A stretch of DNA of 64,000 nt, taken from contig NW_024704759.1 of the NCBI RefSeq assembly GCF_018977255.1, forward strand, positions 14,322,001 through 14,386,000, written 5' to 3'. The position numbers and the translations under genes are program-made. The DNA comes from Callorhinchus milii. Its lineage: Eukaryota. The notes under the pieces are model-generated. The model did no database searches. It had not been told where the DNA came from and saw only the letters and a list, made by a program, of their open reading frames with translations. Position 1 is the first letter of the stretch; each line of letters starts with the position of its first letter. Shown here in pieces: positions 25,775 through 38,040 of the stretch.

Positions 25775-26631
25775 ACTGGATCTGATAATACACATCTCTT
25801 TGCACCACATTGTAGCATTTTATACACATATTATGTTAAACTGAGCTTTAAGCAACACAATATAAAAAGTTTTATATGAAGGACCCTGGCGGCACCTCCG
25901 GTAATATTAAAGTATGATGCATTAGAGAGTCCTCAGCAAGTGGGTGGGGTGGGAGAAGGGGGTCAGGTATATCAGAGAACGGTGATGAGAGAGGGCTGCA
26001 CACAATAAACAGAGGGGAGGGTCCAACAAATTGATGCTGTAATAGTATATTACAACCATGGAATGAATGGGGAAATAAGTATACCAGAAAATGTTAGGTG
26101 AACGAGTTATAAAATTGAGAGTTATAGTCGTGGGAAGCATGGATATATCGAAGAATGTTACGGTTAACTGCAGAGTTACACGGCTAAGTGCTATAATGAT
26201 GGAGATATCAGCGCGCTATGGTGAAAAAGTAGCCGAAGAATAGTACGGTAACATGGGAGGTTCAATTCAAGCTCTCCGGGATGCCACGCAGGGTCAAGGG
26301 CACTATAAACTGCACGCTGTTGTTGTTGTTGTTAATAGAGAAGTGTTTCATTGTGAAAAGTACAGAGTAAGTCAGAACGTTAGAATGAGAGGAGACGGGT
26401 GTATCAGAAAGCTCTAGTGGACATTGGACTGGAGTACCAATGTCCAATGGACATCTCCACTGGACATTGGTACTCTCTGTCTGTGCTCGCTCTATTAAAT
26501 CTTTCCTTCTAGCTCTTGATAACTTCCCAACGCGAGTCAGAGGCTGCATTTCCACAGACAAACATTTATCCACAATACTGTCAATAGTGGAACGCCATTC
26601 CGACTTCCAAGATGGCTGATGTTTCCACGTG

Positions 26632-26665
26632 TGCAGATGATTGCCCTTTGCACCAGATGGCGCTA
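26632..26665 (+). promoter_or_regulatory. candidate CTCF site with upstream module
   Basis: Core tttgCACCAGATGGCGCTA (26647-26665). A TGCAG-led 9-bp upstream module ends 6 bp before the core. YY1-like CAAGATGGC at 26608-26616. Confidence 0.6.
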
Positions 26666-26944
26666 AACCGAGATCGCATATCTCAGCTCGTCTTAGCAGC
26701 TGAACGATCGTAACTCAGTTACTCTGTGCCGCTGCTCTGCCTGGGGGAGAGCTTTAGAAATGCGAGTTGTTGTTGTTGCAGAGAGTCCGAAAGACGGCAG
26801 GGGTTTTAAAGGGAAGGGCCCACTGCCTGACACGTACATGTGCTGTGTTGCATTCTGGCTGAGCATGCCCATAAATAACACTACACTAATTGCAGTTGAT
26901 CCATTGCCTAATGTTTAAATGTCTCAAAGTCTACTGAGTGCCGC

Positions 26945-27150
26945 TGTGCAGGGAAATGTGGTATCTAATCTGCATAAGCAGCGTCCAACAAACAGCAATG
27001 AGACAAGTCAACAGAATTAATCTTACTTAATCAATTTTAATGAGGGTGGAGTATTAGCGCGGATGTCGTGAGTTCCCGCTGCCCTATCTCGAAATAATAT
27101 TATGCGAGCTTTAACGTCCACCTCAAGCTACCAAAACAGGGAGACGGGAA
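26945..27150 (-). mobile_element. old Deu-SINE fragment
   Basis: gcagcgtccaacaaacagcaatgag and tttaacgtccacct are reverse complements of Deu-domain blocks. Confidence 0.6.
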
Positions 27151-27171
27151 ATCGATCAGAATAACGTGAAG

Positions 27172-27421
27172 TGGGTAGGAATTTCACCTGGGTCGAGATT
27201 TATCCTATCAACGCAGCATTTTAGAGAGTCCAGCATTTGTCGTATCGTTGAATTCAGCTTGAACTTTGGAGCTTCTTTTCTATGGATCATAACATAAACC
27301 TGGGGGAAAAAACTGATTAACAATTAAAAGAGTTTGTTTTTTTACAAACTTGACAAATTCTGGAGGATCCAAAACGTTACACCGTTAGAGTAAATCTTGA
27401 CTCAAGTGAAGTTTCTACCCA
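27172..27421. mobile_element. fold-back MITE with long imperfect terminal inverted repeats
   Basis: Left gggtaggaatttcacctgggtcgagattta vs reverse complement of right gggtagaaacttcacttgagtcaagattta (25/30). The arms continue to ~70 bp (tccag.atttgtc). Confidence 0.8.
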
Positions 27422-30095
27422 TCAGAGTCTGGATCAGATGTGGTGGTCCAAGGAAAGACTGATTCGATGTCAAACGAAGGGAACAAAAAGGGAGTCACAG
27501 ACACACGACAGTTCACATCCTTTTGATGACCTGAGGAGCCATACAATGAAGCAGCTTTGATTAACTGGCCACATATTAACTTGCTGTTCATTCAAAAGCC
27601 ATTTACCACATTGAAACGTCTACTGTTCTATAACGTTGAGTTATAACGGAGGGTTCAGATCAGCTGCAAAACCCAGTCAAAACTTGTTTGTCCTTCAGTA
27701 TTGTTAATCCCCAGTCCGCCCCCCCACAAACCCTACCCCACTTCTCCTTCTGAAGGCATCAACTCTTACTGCGCTCCATTGCTCAGGAGTCCTTGTGGTA
27801 CCTCAGCCCAAGTCATCACTCTTCACATAGAATTATGGACTTTGGGGTGATTTTTGTAACATTTCATAACGCGTTCCTCGTGTGATAATTAACGCATGTT
27901 GTGGCCCACACTTTTGACAATGGAATGTCACTAAAGTTTGTTTGAGGCCCTTGTCGTTGGTTGAATACAGTAATCCCAAAAGAGCTATTATGTGGGGGTA
28001 ATAACCCTGGGCGTTTAATGGAGAGCCGTATCACATCTTTTACGTCTCGGAGCAGTTTTCAGAGGATTTCACTGTGAACTGTGCCGTCTGTGCATTTGTA
28101 GCCAAACACAGCAGCCAATTTATGCGCACAGCAAAGGTGCCACAGACAACCACACAAAGGCAATGCCCAATTCTCCACAATTTTCACTCAGCAATGTCCC
28201 ACAAAAGTCACCTGCCCGATTTCACCCAGGTGCTGCAATAAACTTTCGGAAGCTTTAGAATCAGGTGGGCGGCAGCCGGAGCGAAAGGGAACATTTTGGA
28301 AATGACTGTATTCGCAAAACAAAACAAAAAGTATTCCGGCTGATAATTGAGAGAACAAGTATAAAAATGTTCCAGCACATTGATTCCAACAGACAATAAC
28401 CGCACTTCTGTTTAACAGCTTAGCACACAGCAGGGTCGATCCTGTACATCTTAATTGGCTGAGGCCTTAATTAACTGCCAAGGCTGTAGCACTGAGTCTT
28501 AATATTTACAGTTAGAGAGTAAAGCACTGCACATGACACCAACTGGCAAATCACCAACTCAAAATGCAGGAAGTCATAGGGTAAATAACACGCGAAAACA
28601 TATAAAACGTGGAGACAGCAGGGCAGGCGGGGTTGTACACGAGAATACGTCCTACTCTTGATGGCTGCAGCTATACCTGTGTGCTGTAAGATGTGGGAAG
28701 AGGCTCGAACAAGGTAGTGGCTCCATCTGAAATGTCTAATTGCCCATAAGAAGAGTCAAAGTTAGCACATGAGGCTACTGGCATATGCACAGAGATGCAC
28801 TGTCCTGTTCTGCACACCTCTGACTCATGTAACGACACTGACAAATATCCCAATGGATTGAATTGTAGACTTGATAATAATAATAATAATAATAATCCTT
28901 ACATTTGATACAGCGCCTTTATTACTAGTTGAACAGAGTTGAACATTTAAAGACAGTTAAATCTAGAGAGAGGGCGAGGCAGAGGGACTGAGAAGTGATA
29001 TAAAGCAATGTTCGGGCTGGATGCTAATGGCCAACAAGTGATTTACTCTTCTGCTTTATGACACATGTAACAACCCGCCCAATTGTATCACAGGTTTTGT
29101 ATCAGCGTTGAGGTCCAATCCAAATATTATTCTACGCCGAGCAGGCTTCGACAGACATAGTGCCGAGCAGATACGTGCAGCAAACGAGCAGGATCGTACT
29201 CTTTCGTGGCTGTTGTGGTTCCGTTGCCAGTGGAGGTGTCCTGTGGTATTTCTATTGACTTAAGCACTCTTCTCAATGAACTAGTCCATCTATCTGTCTC
29301 TGTGTTGTGCCAGCAGCAAGCGGAGTCAGAGGATGTGTAGGCACACGTGTTGTAACTGAACACATCAGCAGCCGTGCTTGATAAACACGCTCTCGCCGGG
29401 AAGGAGGACAGAGCACACACGCAAATCTGTTCTGTGATGATGTTGCGTAATGCGTGTGTGTGTGTGGGTGCATGTGGGTGGGTGGGTGTGTGTCGGGGGT
29501 GGGGGGAGCGGTGGGGAGGGGTGGGGGGGGGGGGAGAACCCATATATCATATAATCTGGGAACACGCTCTAATGATCACATCACATACTGCATTTTTCAG
29601 TCCCTCAATGTGTGAGTTTGATTACCGTCAGTTAAACAGCGTTCACTTCTTTCTCGTTTATATCACATTCAATTTTATCCACATTGGCCGCCAGGATATA
29701 TATCCTTTTTTACTTCCCCGCGTAAATGGTTCTGAGATGAACTGTATCTGCTCTGTAATAGTTCTCTGGGCATTTAGTAGTGACCGTACTGGTTTATTGG
29801 CACAAGATCATACACTGAGGAACCGTGACATGAAAATAAATGTTGTTGTGGCTGTGATATAAGAAATTTCATGCACTGCAAGTAAGACCTACTAATCAGT
29901 GTCAGACAAGACAGATTGGCAGGTCCTTGAAGCTGGAGTTCTTTCCTATCATTGTGCGGCTACGGTCGAGAGATCTGTTTGATTTTCCATCAGAACTGAG
30001 CAGAACGATTCTTTAACAACTAAAAAACAACCCACTGAGTCATCAGGAGGGTGCTTCTGTGTGGTGTGGCACTGAGTGGGATGAGAGGAAAGAAG

Positions 30096-30310
30096 AGACT
30101 TGTAGTGTAGTGGTTAGAGCACTCGCCTCGCAAGCGAGAGGACCTGGCTTCGATTCCTGGCCAAGTTTCCTTACTCCACACGCCTCTGTTCACCTCGCAG
30201 TAAGCAGGAACCCGGTTGTTAGTCGATTGGCGGATCGCTTTGAGATGTCTCGAAGACGTAATAAAGCGCTGTATCAAATGCAAGGATTATTATTGTCATT
30301 ATTATTATTA
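30096..30310 (+). mobile_element. young SINE with internal deletion of the Deu domain
   Basis: Intact tRNA head and linker fused directly to the tail at cgcttt. Confidence 0.9.
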
Positions 30311-32983
30311 CATTGAAGGGGAAAAGGTCTATGTTTGGTCACTCAGATACAGTTCAACCCAAAGGAAATAGACATCTATGCGCACGCTTACAGACACTGT
30401 AACAGCTCCAACCCATTGAGGGATAACTCACTGACACATTTTGCCGTTGTGAGTTTGTGTTGTATTCGGATGGGGTCCAGGACAACAGCAACAACAACAA
30501 AACTACATTTATAGAGCACCTTTCACGTCGGGCAGACGTCCCAAAGGACGAGTCCCTCCCTTATTTTTTTCAACCCCCCCGCCCCCCAAAAAAAACAATG
30601 GGCATAGATTAGCATATTATTACCATGACATTACCATTGATTTACATCGTGCAAATGATGGGGTGAATAGCACATGTCCAAAATGTGCTGACAGGCAAAT
30701 CTGTAGCGAGTGTCATATTTATGTCAATGTGAATGTGTCAATAAAAAACAATCATTTTTTGCTCTTTGTCTCTTGTAACAGTGCTCCATACCCAACTCCA
30801 TCCCCCCCCCCCCCCCCCCCCGCACACACACACACACACACAGAATGAAGAACATGATTGATTTGCGAGGCAGGCTGTTCACGTGAAAGGCGCTATGCAA
30901 ATGTAATTTTTGCATTGGATTGTATTCAGCAGAAAACAACATCAGCGACATCAACCAGCCGCCCCTTTTCAATCCAGGTGCGAGATCCACTCGTTTCTAT
31001 TGCTAACCTTGCTTTGCCTGGACACATCAGCAGTGGCTGCTTCTCCATCTCTGTAGCTACGGGTCAGTTGGTCAGTCAGTCCCTGTGTAATTCAATGGAA
31101 ACTCAGGTCTTTCGCAAAAGGAAATATCTTCTTATCAGAAAAAAAGGAATGAATCAATGTGCCCCCATCTTTCTGTCCTGTAGCTAATGTACTGTACTGT
31201 ACTGTCCTGTAGAACAACAGCAACAACAATGGCAATGGATTAGAAGCTATTAAGCAGTAGCTTTATCCCACCCAAGTTTAACCAAATAAATGGTTGTTAT
31301 TTGAGAGTTCTTTGAATTGGTGCTATTTGCATCTCCTAAACCCCACGTACACCCTCCCCCCGCCCCCCGCTTAATGCTGTGTGTGCCTGGTGAATCACTA
31401 CCTAACATCAGGACAGGCAATCGGTGCACAAAGGAAGCACGCCTGAAAGCCTGAAGTGCTTTCCGTGCAGAAGGCTATTTGTGCAAAACCCTAAACGGTG
31501 TCTCAAGTCCCACTGCAACATTTGAGAGCCAAGATCGGAGTATACAACACAAAGCAATTTTAGCTGGGCTAAACAACAGCATAATGTAGTTATCACTTTC
31601 CTATGATTGAGTTACTCTCTCTTTAGGGAGAGGGCATTTAGATGCTATCAAAGAAAAGTGAGGTAAAATTACATTCTACTTCAATTTATTTTTGTAATTC
31701 TGATGATTCTGTTAGAAAAAGAAGCAAATGCTCCAATTAATACCACTGTATGTTATTTATCAAACATGTCAACGACGTAAATCGGGTGCAACATAACTTC
31801 TACTCGCTTGTCAAGGACAAGCTATTCCTTTTGCTGCTGAACGCACAGACTAAAGAGATAAAAAAAAAGGAATTCAACAAGAAATAGTTATCAGATTAGA
31901 TCAAGCGCACCAGGAAAGGGAAATCTGATCCCGTTCTGATTAGTTGGTAAGCTGATCTCCAAATACCATGTTTACTGTCTATTTATTCTGCCCTCCCATC
32001 CATCACACACAGCCACAAGCTGAATTGGAGAAGGGTCTTTGCCCTCTTCGATGATGTCAGCTCTGCAGGACTGCACGCATTGAGCACAAGGAACCTTGTG
32101 ACACTCACGTCTTACACTGTCCGGTACTTTGGGTTTTCACGACACAATCTGCAAATCCCAAATAATCACAAGGCTTTTAAGTCATTATTATCTAAAGGTG
32201 CTCTTCGCGTGTTGTCTGGTATTACAGAACGGCAGGGCTAACACCATTCTGAACTTGTGCTCAAGAGTCGACCCACATATAAAGACTAATATCCTTCAGG
32301 CTTTCATCGCAGTGACACAATACCTTGTGGCTGACACCATATTTATGCAACAACAACAAAAAGAACTTGCACCTCACACAGGGTAGCGTCCCAGAGCGCT
32401 TATGCAATCAGTATGAATGGCGAAAGAGCAGATATATAAAATCCAGGTCCATTTTTGAGTTTGCACATTTCACAAGAGCAGCCATGAACCCTCTCAACAT
32501 CTACACCATAAACCTTGTTACAAATTTGCCAAACCAAAGAGATTTTAATTTGTCCTTTAATTTGACTCATCCAGTCAACAGTTTTGCAGGCTGAGAGGAG
32601 GGCAGAGTATTAACATGGAGCAGACATTCTGGCCCACGTTACGTTGGAATCAACCAGTTCAGCACAGTCAGGACATTTCTGTGCCACAGACAATTCAATA
32701 GATTGGGGGTTTTATTATAAACCACACCAACCTCGCGTTGGGGTCAATCACTCAATCGAAATATTCTCTATCCAATCGATCTGAAGCGCTCAAATGCGGT
32801 ATTGCTTTGTGATCATTGCGTTATTCAAACATAAAACCTCAAATTAATGTTCGATTGTAAAGAGAAAGAAAAAAAATCTAATTTGTGGGTTGATTCAATA
32901 CACCATAGTCCGAGTCGGGTGTTCACATACCACAGTCTCTCCACAGACTAAATAAATCTCACTGAAACCACATCACTGTATCT

Positions 32984-32993
32984 TATATAAAAG
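32984..32993 (+). promoter_or_regulatory. candidate TATA box
   Basis: TATATAAAAG in unique sequence, preceded by RUNX-type AAACCACA (32965-32972). Confidence 0.35.
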
Positions 32994-33796
32994 CAACGTG
33001 AGGACAGAGTCCAGGGCAGTGTGTACACAGTGGTCACTGACAGCACGTGACCAGACACTGCGACTAGACTTGACAATTTGGAAATGGGATGAATATTTAT
33101 TTGTTCAAGGAGAAGTTCCAAGCTGGGAAAAGGTTACAAAGTCTAGCAAACGGTGCCAGGTATTTGAACTAATGTCCATTGTTCTATTTCGAGGAGAACA
33201 GGCTGCAGATTGAACATACTGTATATATTATGGCACTGATGAATCTCCCTGGGATTGACAGGAACAGGATACAGAGGCTGACGGGGTTTCCTGCAGCCTT
33301 TTTCCTTTGTGGGTCACATCACTCGTTGTGTTTCAGTTATCTCTGCTCAATGAAAGTTTATACACTTCCTACTTACAGGGTTCTGTCACTCGGATTGTAA
33401 CCACAAGGCACCTTTACTATCTTCCTTCCTCTTCAGTTCTATCAGTGGCACAGGCTGTATTTTCTGGAGTTACCTTTCATCATCGAGACTGGTCCCTGCG
33501 GGATTTGCCTTCACCTTTGTTGATAGAAAACTTCATCCTGAAGTCGAAACTGATCTCATCACACATGATTTGTGGAGCTTAATGGAAATGAACAGAGGCT
33601 TAAAAAATAAAGGTTGATGCTAAATGGATTTTTTATTACAGACCACGCTTTTCAATGCACGGTGTAACCCACTTACAGCTAGTGCAGGGTTCTTGGTGAG
33701 GTAGGGAGAGAGGAGGGGATGGGGGGTGGGGGGCAGAGAGGAAAGGTGAAACGATGGAGGTAAACAAAACTTTAGACCCCACTTCATGTGTTATAT

Positions 33797-33975
33797 AATT
33801 TGGTCAATCAATCCACGCCTGTTTGTGTGGACGCTGCTGTGCACAACTGGCTGCCACTTTTCGCCCACAAAACATATAGTCAATTCACTTTACAGTGTAT
33901 CCTGTGAAGCGTTTTGAGACATCTCGAAGTCGCGATGAGGCACTCTATCAAATGCAAGGATTGTTATTATTGTTA
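33797..33975 (+). mobile_element. Deu-SINE 3' half
   Basis: Family body and tail. Confidence 0.9.
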
Positions 33976-35074
33976 TAACTTATCTTGGGGGAGAGAGAGA
34001 GTGAGAGAGACAGAATTTCTTTACGTTTGCTCAGTAGTGATGGAAATTATGGCTTAAAAAAAACTGCTCTTTTAAAATATTTGTTTCAAAAGAAAATTTT
34101 ATATATATTTTGTTAAAAAAATCTCTCTCTTCCGTGCACTCGCAAGCCAGTTTTTCTCTTGGCTCCAAAGTACGATAAGTTTTTAAGCCACATTCAAAAA
34201 ATCTGGCTCCAAGCCATCCACAGAGTTAATGGGAAGTGAGGAGGCATATTTACGACAATATTCACCAGAGTTTCTTTCACTTCCCTTAAACCCTGAGAAC
34301 AACACCACCACCACCACCAACAACCACCACAACAACAACTTGCATTTATATAGCGCCCCCCTCAGGCAGGGTAGCGTCTCAGAGCACTTGGCACCAGGGA
34401 GTGATCTCTGCGGTTTGATCTGATAGTGCTCAACTTCTCACAACGAACAGTTGCCAATCCCTTCAGAAGCACACAGTCGTCAAGAGAACGGAACCAGCCT
34501 CTATGTCTTTTGAACTACAGCCTGGAATATGTCAATATGGGTGAGTAATTGTGAAGACAGTAAAAAGCCAGATATACACAACAAGTTGGACCCAAAGCCC
34601 CAGTAAAGCCTATCTGTACGGATACTATTGACCTGAGGCTATTGACCACAAGACCAGGGCTTGGACAATTCCGTGCAGAGTTCAAACAAGATGTCAAGGC
34701 AGCCAGCCATTTGATATTAAAACAAAACAAAACAAAAACTTTAAAGCGACAGGAATATTTCAGTCTTTCTTCCAATCCATTGCTTCCAGCTTCTCAGCAA
34801 TGCATTTCTAACTTCCAAAAAAAAAGGAATCATTCAATCTCAAGCCTTCTTACCTTTTTTTAAAAAAAATAGGGACGGACAATGGCTGAAGCGAAATGAA
34901 TTTGCCCCCAAATAACATTTGCAATCTTTCCAATCTATCTGATGCAAGGATAAAATTCACAGCTTGACAAAACATGAACAGGAAAAGGACTAAAAATACA
35001 AAAATATACCAAGACATGACATGCAAAACACACAGAAGAACTGGATCTATCCTTGTGTTACAATCCCCCCAAAT

Positions 35075-35205
35075 AAAATTGGTCATTCACTACATGGCTG
35101 TCTGTGGGACATTACTGTGTGCAAATTACACAGTTACTCCACTTAACAGTATATCCTGTGAAGCTCTTTGAGACATCAGGGGCTTTATTAAATGTAAGGA
35201 TTATT
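35075..35205 (+). mobile_element. diverged Deu-SINE 3' half
   Basis: aattggtcattcac...ctgtgggacattactgtgtgcaaatt...aaatgtaaggattat. Confidence 0.7.
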
Positions 35206-36224
35206 TTTCTAAACCAGATGAAAGAATTCTTTTCAATCTCCATCCATCCATCCTTGTGCTGTCCTTGAGTCCTTGTTAATTGTCTTCAAAGTGTAAAAGA
35301 ACGTGAGGAAAGAGCCGGGATGTGAGATTAGACGAGATAGCTCCAATGGGGAGTTACAATTGGAACAGACACAAGTGGCTTCCTTCGGTGGTGGTGACAT
35401 TTCTATGAGTCTATTTATTTGGAAGTTTATGTAACCCGAGCCTCTTGTATCACAGCTATTAAAATCCTATTTTAAAACCTACCTCTCCGATTGCACTGAT
35501 GATGATCCCCTCATCGTTCCTCCTCCCGTCTGCCTTCTGGCTCGGCTTCCCATCCTGTCACGGTGAAGCGCTCTGAGACTTTATCCTGCGTGAAGGGTCC
35601 TGTATCAAGACAAGTTGTTGTTGTTGTTGCTATTGTGCACAGTTGCTAAGATGCCTTGCTCACTCGCGACACAGAATGCAATTTCTGCATTTTTTTTCTA
35701 TCACCGGAGCCTGATATAATACCAAACTGCTACACGTAAAATTCATTTTAAATGGCTTCAATACTTTTTAATGATTTTCCCCCCTTTTATGAAGACCAAT
35801 TTTGTGAAAAACGAAACCTGCCAACCCAACCTTTTAATATGCTTGGCCTTGCCATAAAACCGGAGGTAAAAGATTAAATGTAATCACGCACAGTGACAGT
35901 TGTACACCATACAAATTAACTGCCATCTTTATTTATAGGTCTGTAAAAAATACATTTGTAGAGTACAAATTCAATTTTGTAAGATGCTGCTCTCAATGTT
36001 TTTGGAACGTGGAGAAGCTTTTTAGCATTGATTTCAGATTCCGTTTCGCAGGGAGTAAAGCCTCCTTTACTGTCGCCTTTCAAAAAGGCACTCAAACTGC
36101 AAAGAGCAATCTTTAAACAGTTAATGATATTCCATCTTAATGACCACACAATCCTCGGCCATACAATTAGCTGCGTGGGGTTAAATGACCTGCTGAGGTA
36201 TCAATGTTGTATTTTCATCAAAAA

Positions 36225-36298
36225 AATATATAGTGTATCCTGTGAAGCGCTTTGGGACGTCTCGAAGACGTGATAAGGCGCTGTATCAAATGCAAGGC
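36225..36298 (+). mobile_element. Deu-SINE tail
   Basis: tgtgaagcgctttgggacgtctcgaagacgtgataaggcgctgtatcaaatgcaagg. Confidence 0.85.
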
Positions 36299-37729
36299 TC
36301 CATCCCAACAGTTTCCCTGGACTGAAAATCATTATCATCTGTGTCCCAGTAAGTCCAGACTCTCAACCAATTCCCTGGAACGACTCAAGGCCTGAGTGGA
36401 TCACAGTGGGACTAAAACCGTTCGGGATATATGTGCAAGCGATCGTCAGGATGGTGAAAGGCGAACTAGATGGACTTTGGTCTTTTTGCATCTAGTATTT
36501 CTTATATTTAAAATCAGGTGCTGTTTCACAACAGACTCAATAAATATTCAATACATTATAAAGTATCACATGGTTCACCGCTGTGTGTTGCACCGAGGAA
36601 ATTCTCTTTCACCATTTAGAGACCTTGAGAAAGGAGTGGGTTAGAGAGAGTTAAAGCCTAGTTTTACTGCACGATATTTAGCTACATGCCAAAGTTGGTT
36701 ACTTTGATGAGCAGCGTGAAGGATTCAGTGGGATTCTGCTGTTTAATCAGCTGTACAAAGTGTAATATGTATCTTTCATTTTCATTTCATTATCCTGCGG
36801 AGGATTTTGATGAAGCGTTTAAATCTGATAGTAAGAATCCCAGACACTGATTTAATAAAATAATAAAAAGATAACTACATATGTAAAACAATCAAAGAGA
36901 CAGATAAAAATCGAACCCGAAATTAAATTAGCACCATAATTTCTAATTTATGCACAAAACTTTCACATGGTAATCAATTGGGAACTGATTTATATCTGAA
37001 CATATCTACAGGGATCTCACCCTGATCCCGAATGTGCACCTGTCTGTATGGCAGTGAATATTCCTGTGGTGTGGATAAAATAAGGTAACTTATGCACTGA
37101 TTGTGATTCCCACATAGCTCTCTGCTGCTCAGCCAGGAAACATACGTCAATGACATGGGATCGTTGCTTGCTCAAACTGAAGCCTTTCTGCAGTTTGGCA
37201 CAGTGGCTGAATCAGTGATTGGAATAGTAACCAGTTCTTACCATCAACCTTTCCTCTTGTGATTCCAACAATAGGTCTGTACGGTCTGACAAGGCATGAA
37301 ACAAGCCAGAGTTGGGCGAGTGGATGGAGTATGGTAGCGTAATTATCTGAAGTTCCAGTTACCCAACCCTGCAACTTACAGCAGGGGAAAAGAAGGAACT
37401 ATGTCTTAATGCGCATTGATATTTTGCTTTTACCCAATTGTGTTCCTCCTGGCTCCAGAGCAGACATCTCAATCTTTGCTGGAATTCTCTTCCCCACGTC
37501 TAAACCTCAAGACAGGGATGGAGTCGACCATCTCCTCCGGGTAAATTAACCTTATTTATAGCCGTCCACAGAATACAATGCCACCTTGAGGATTCCACGG
37601 GGTCTTTGTCCAAATCCCATGAGCCTCAACCTTTGGATGAAAATCCTTACAACACACTCAAAAAAAAACCTCTGTGCCTCCCAAGTGTCTACATGTCAAG
37701 AGAATCACGAGCCCATCACGTAGAGGCTG

Positions 37730-38040
37730 GCGATAAATTGATTCTTTCATCAATTTTACAGGAGTTAGCCATTTTCAAAGCTGCCATTGTAAAATGGAAA
37801 ATACATTTACTTTCCGTTCGACAGAGAGCTTTATCTGGAGGGACGAGGGATAAGGCTGAGCGCCAATGCCTCGCGTGGCTGGGAAACATGAATGGATATT
37901 TATGTTCAGGTCCTCCCTGTGACAACTTCATGCATTATTTGAGTCTTGTCAAAAGGTGTCAAGGTGATAAGGTTTTACTACTTATGTATTCTGTCCCCTG
38001 GGATAAAGTTCAGTCGGTATATATACAAAGAGATAAGATG
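37730..38040. promoter_or_regulatory. candidate enhancer: GATA cluster with T-box and EBF sites
   Basis: Six GATAA cores in ~310 bp, tandem T-box-like sites AGGTGTCA-AGGTGATA, and TCCCCTGGGA. Confidence 0.45.

Noticed and set aside
29127-29862. Overlapping 138-aa and 162-aa ORFs
   Set aside because: Held open by TG- and G-rich simple repeats.
34345-34370. CTCF-like AGGGGGGCGCTA (similar at ~49515)
   Set aside because: It is simply the L2/SINE 3' tail sequence.
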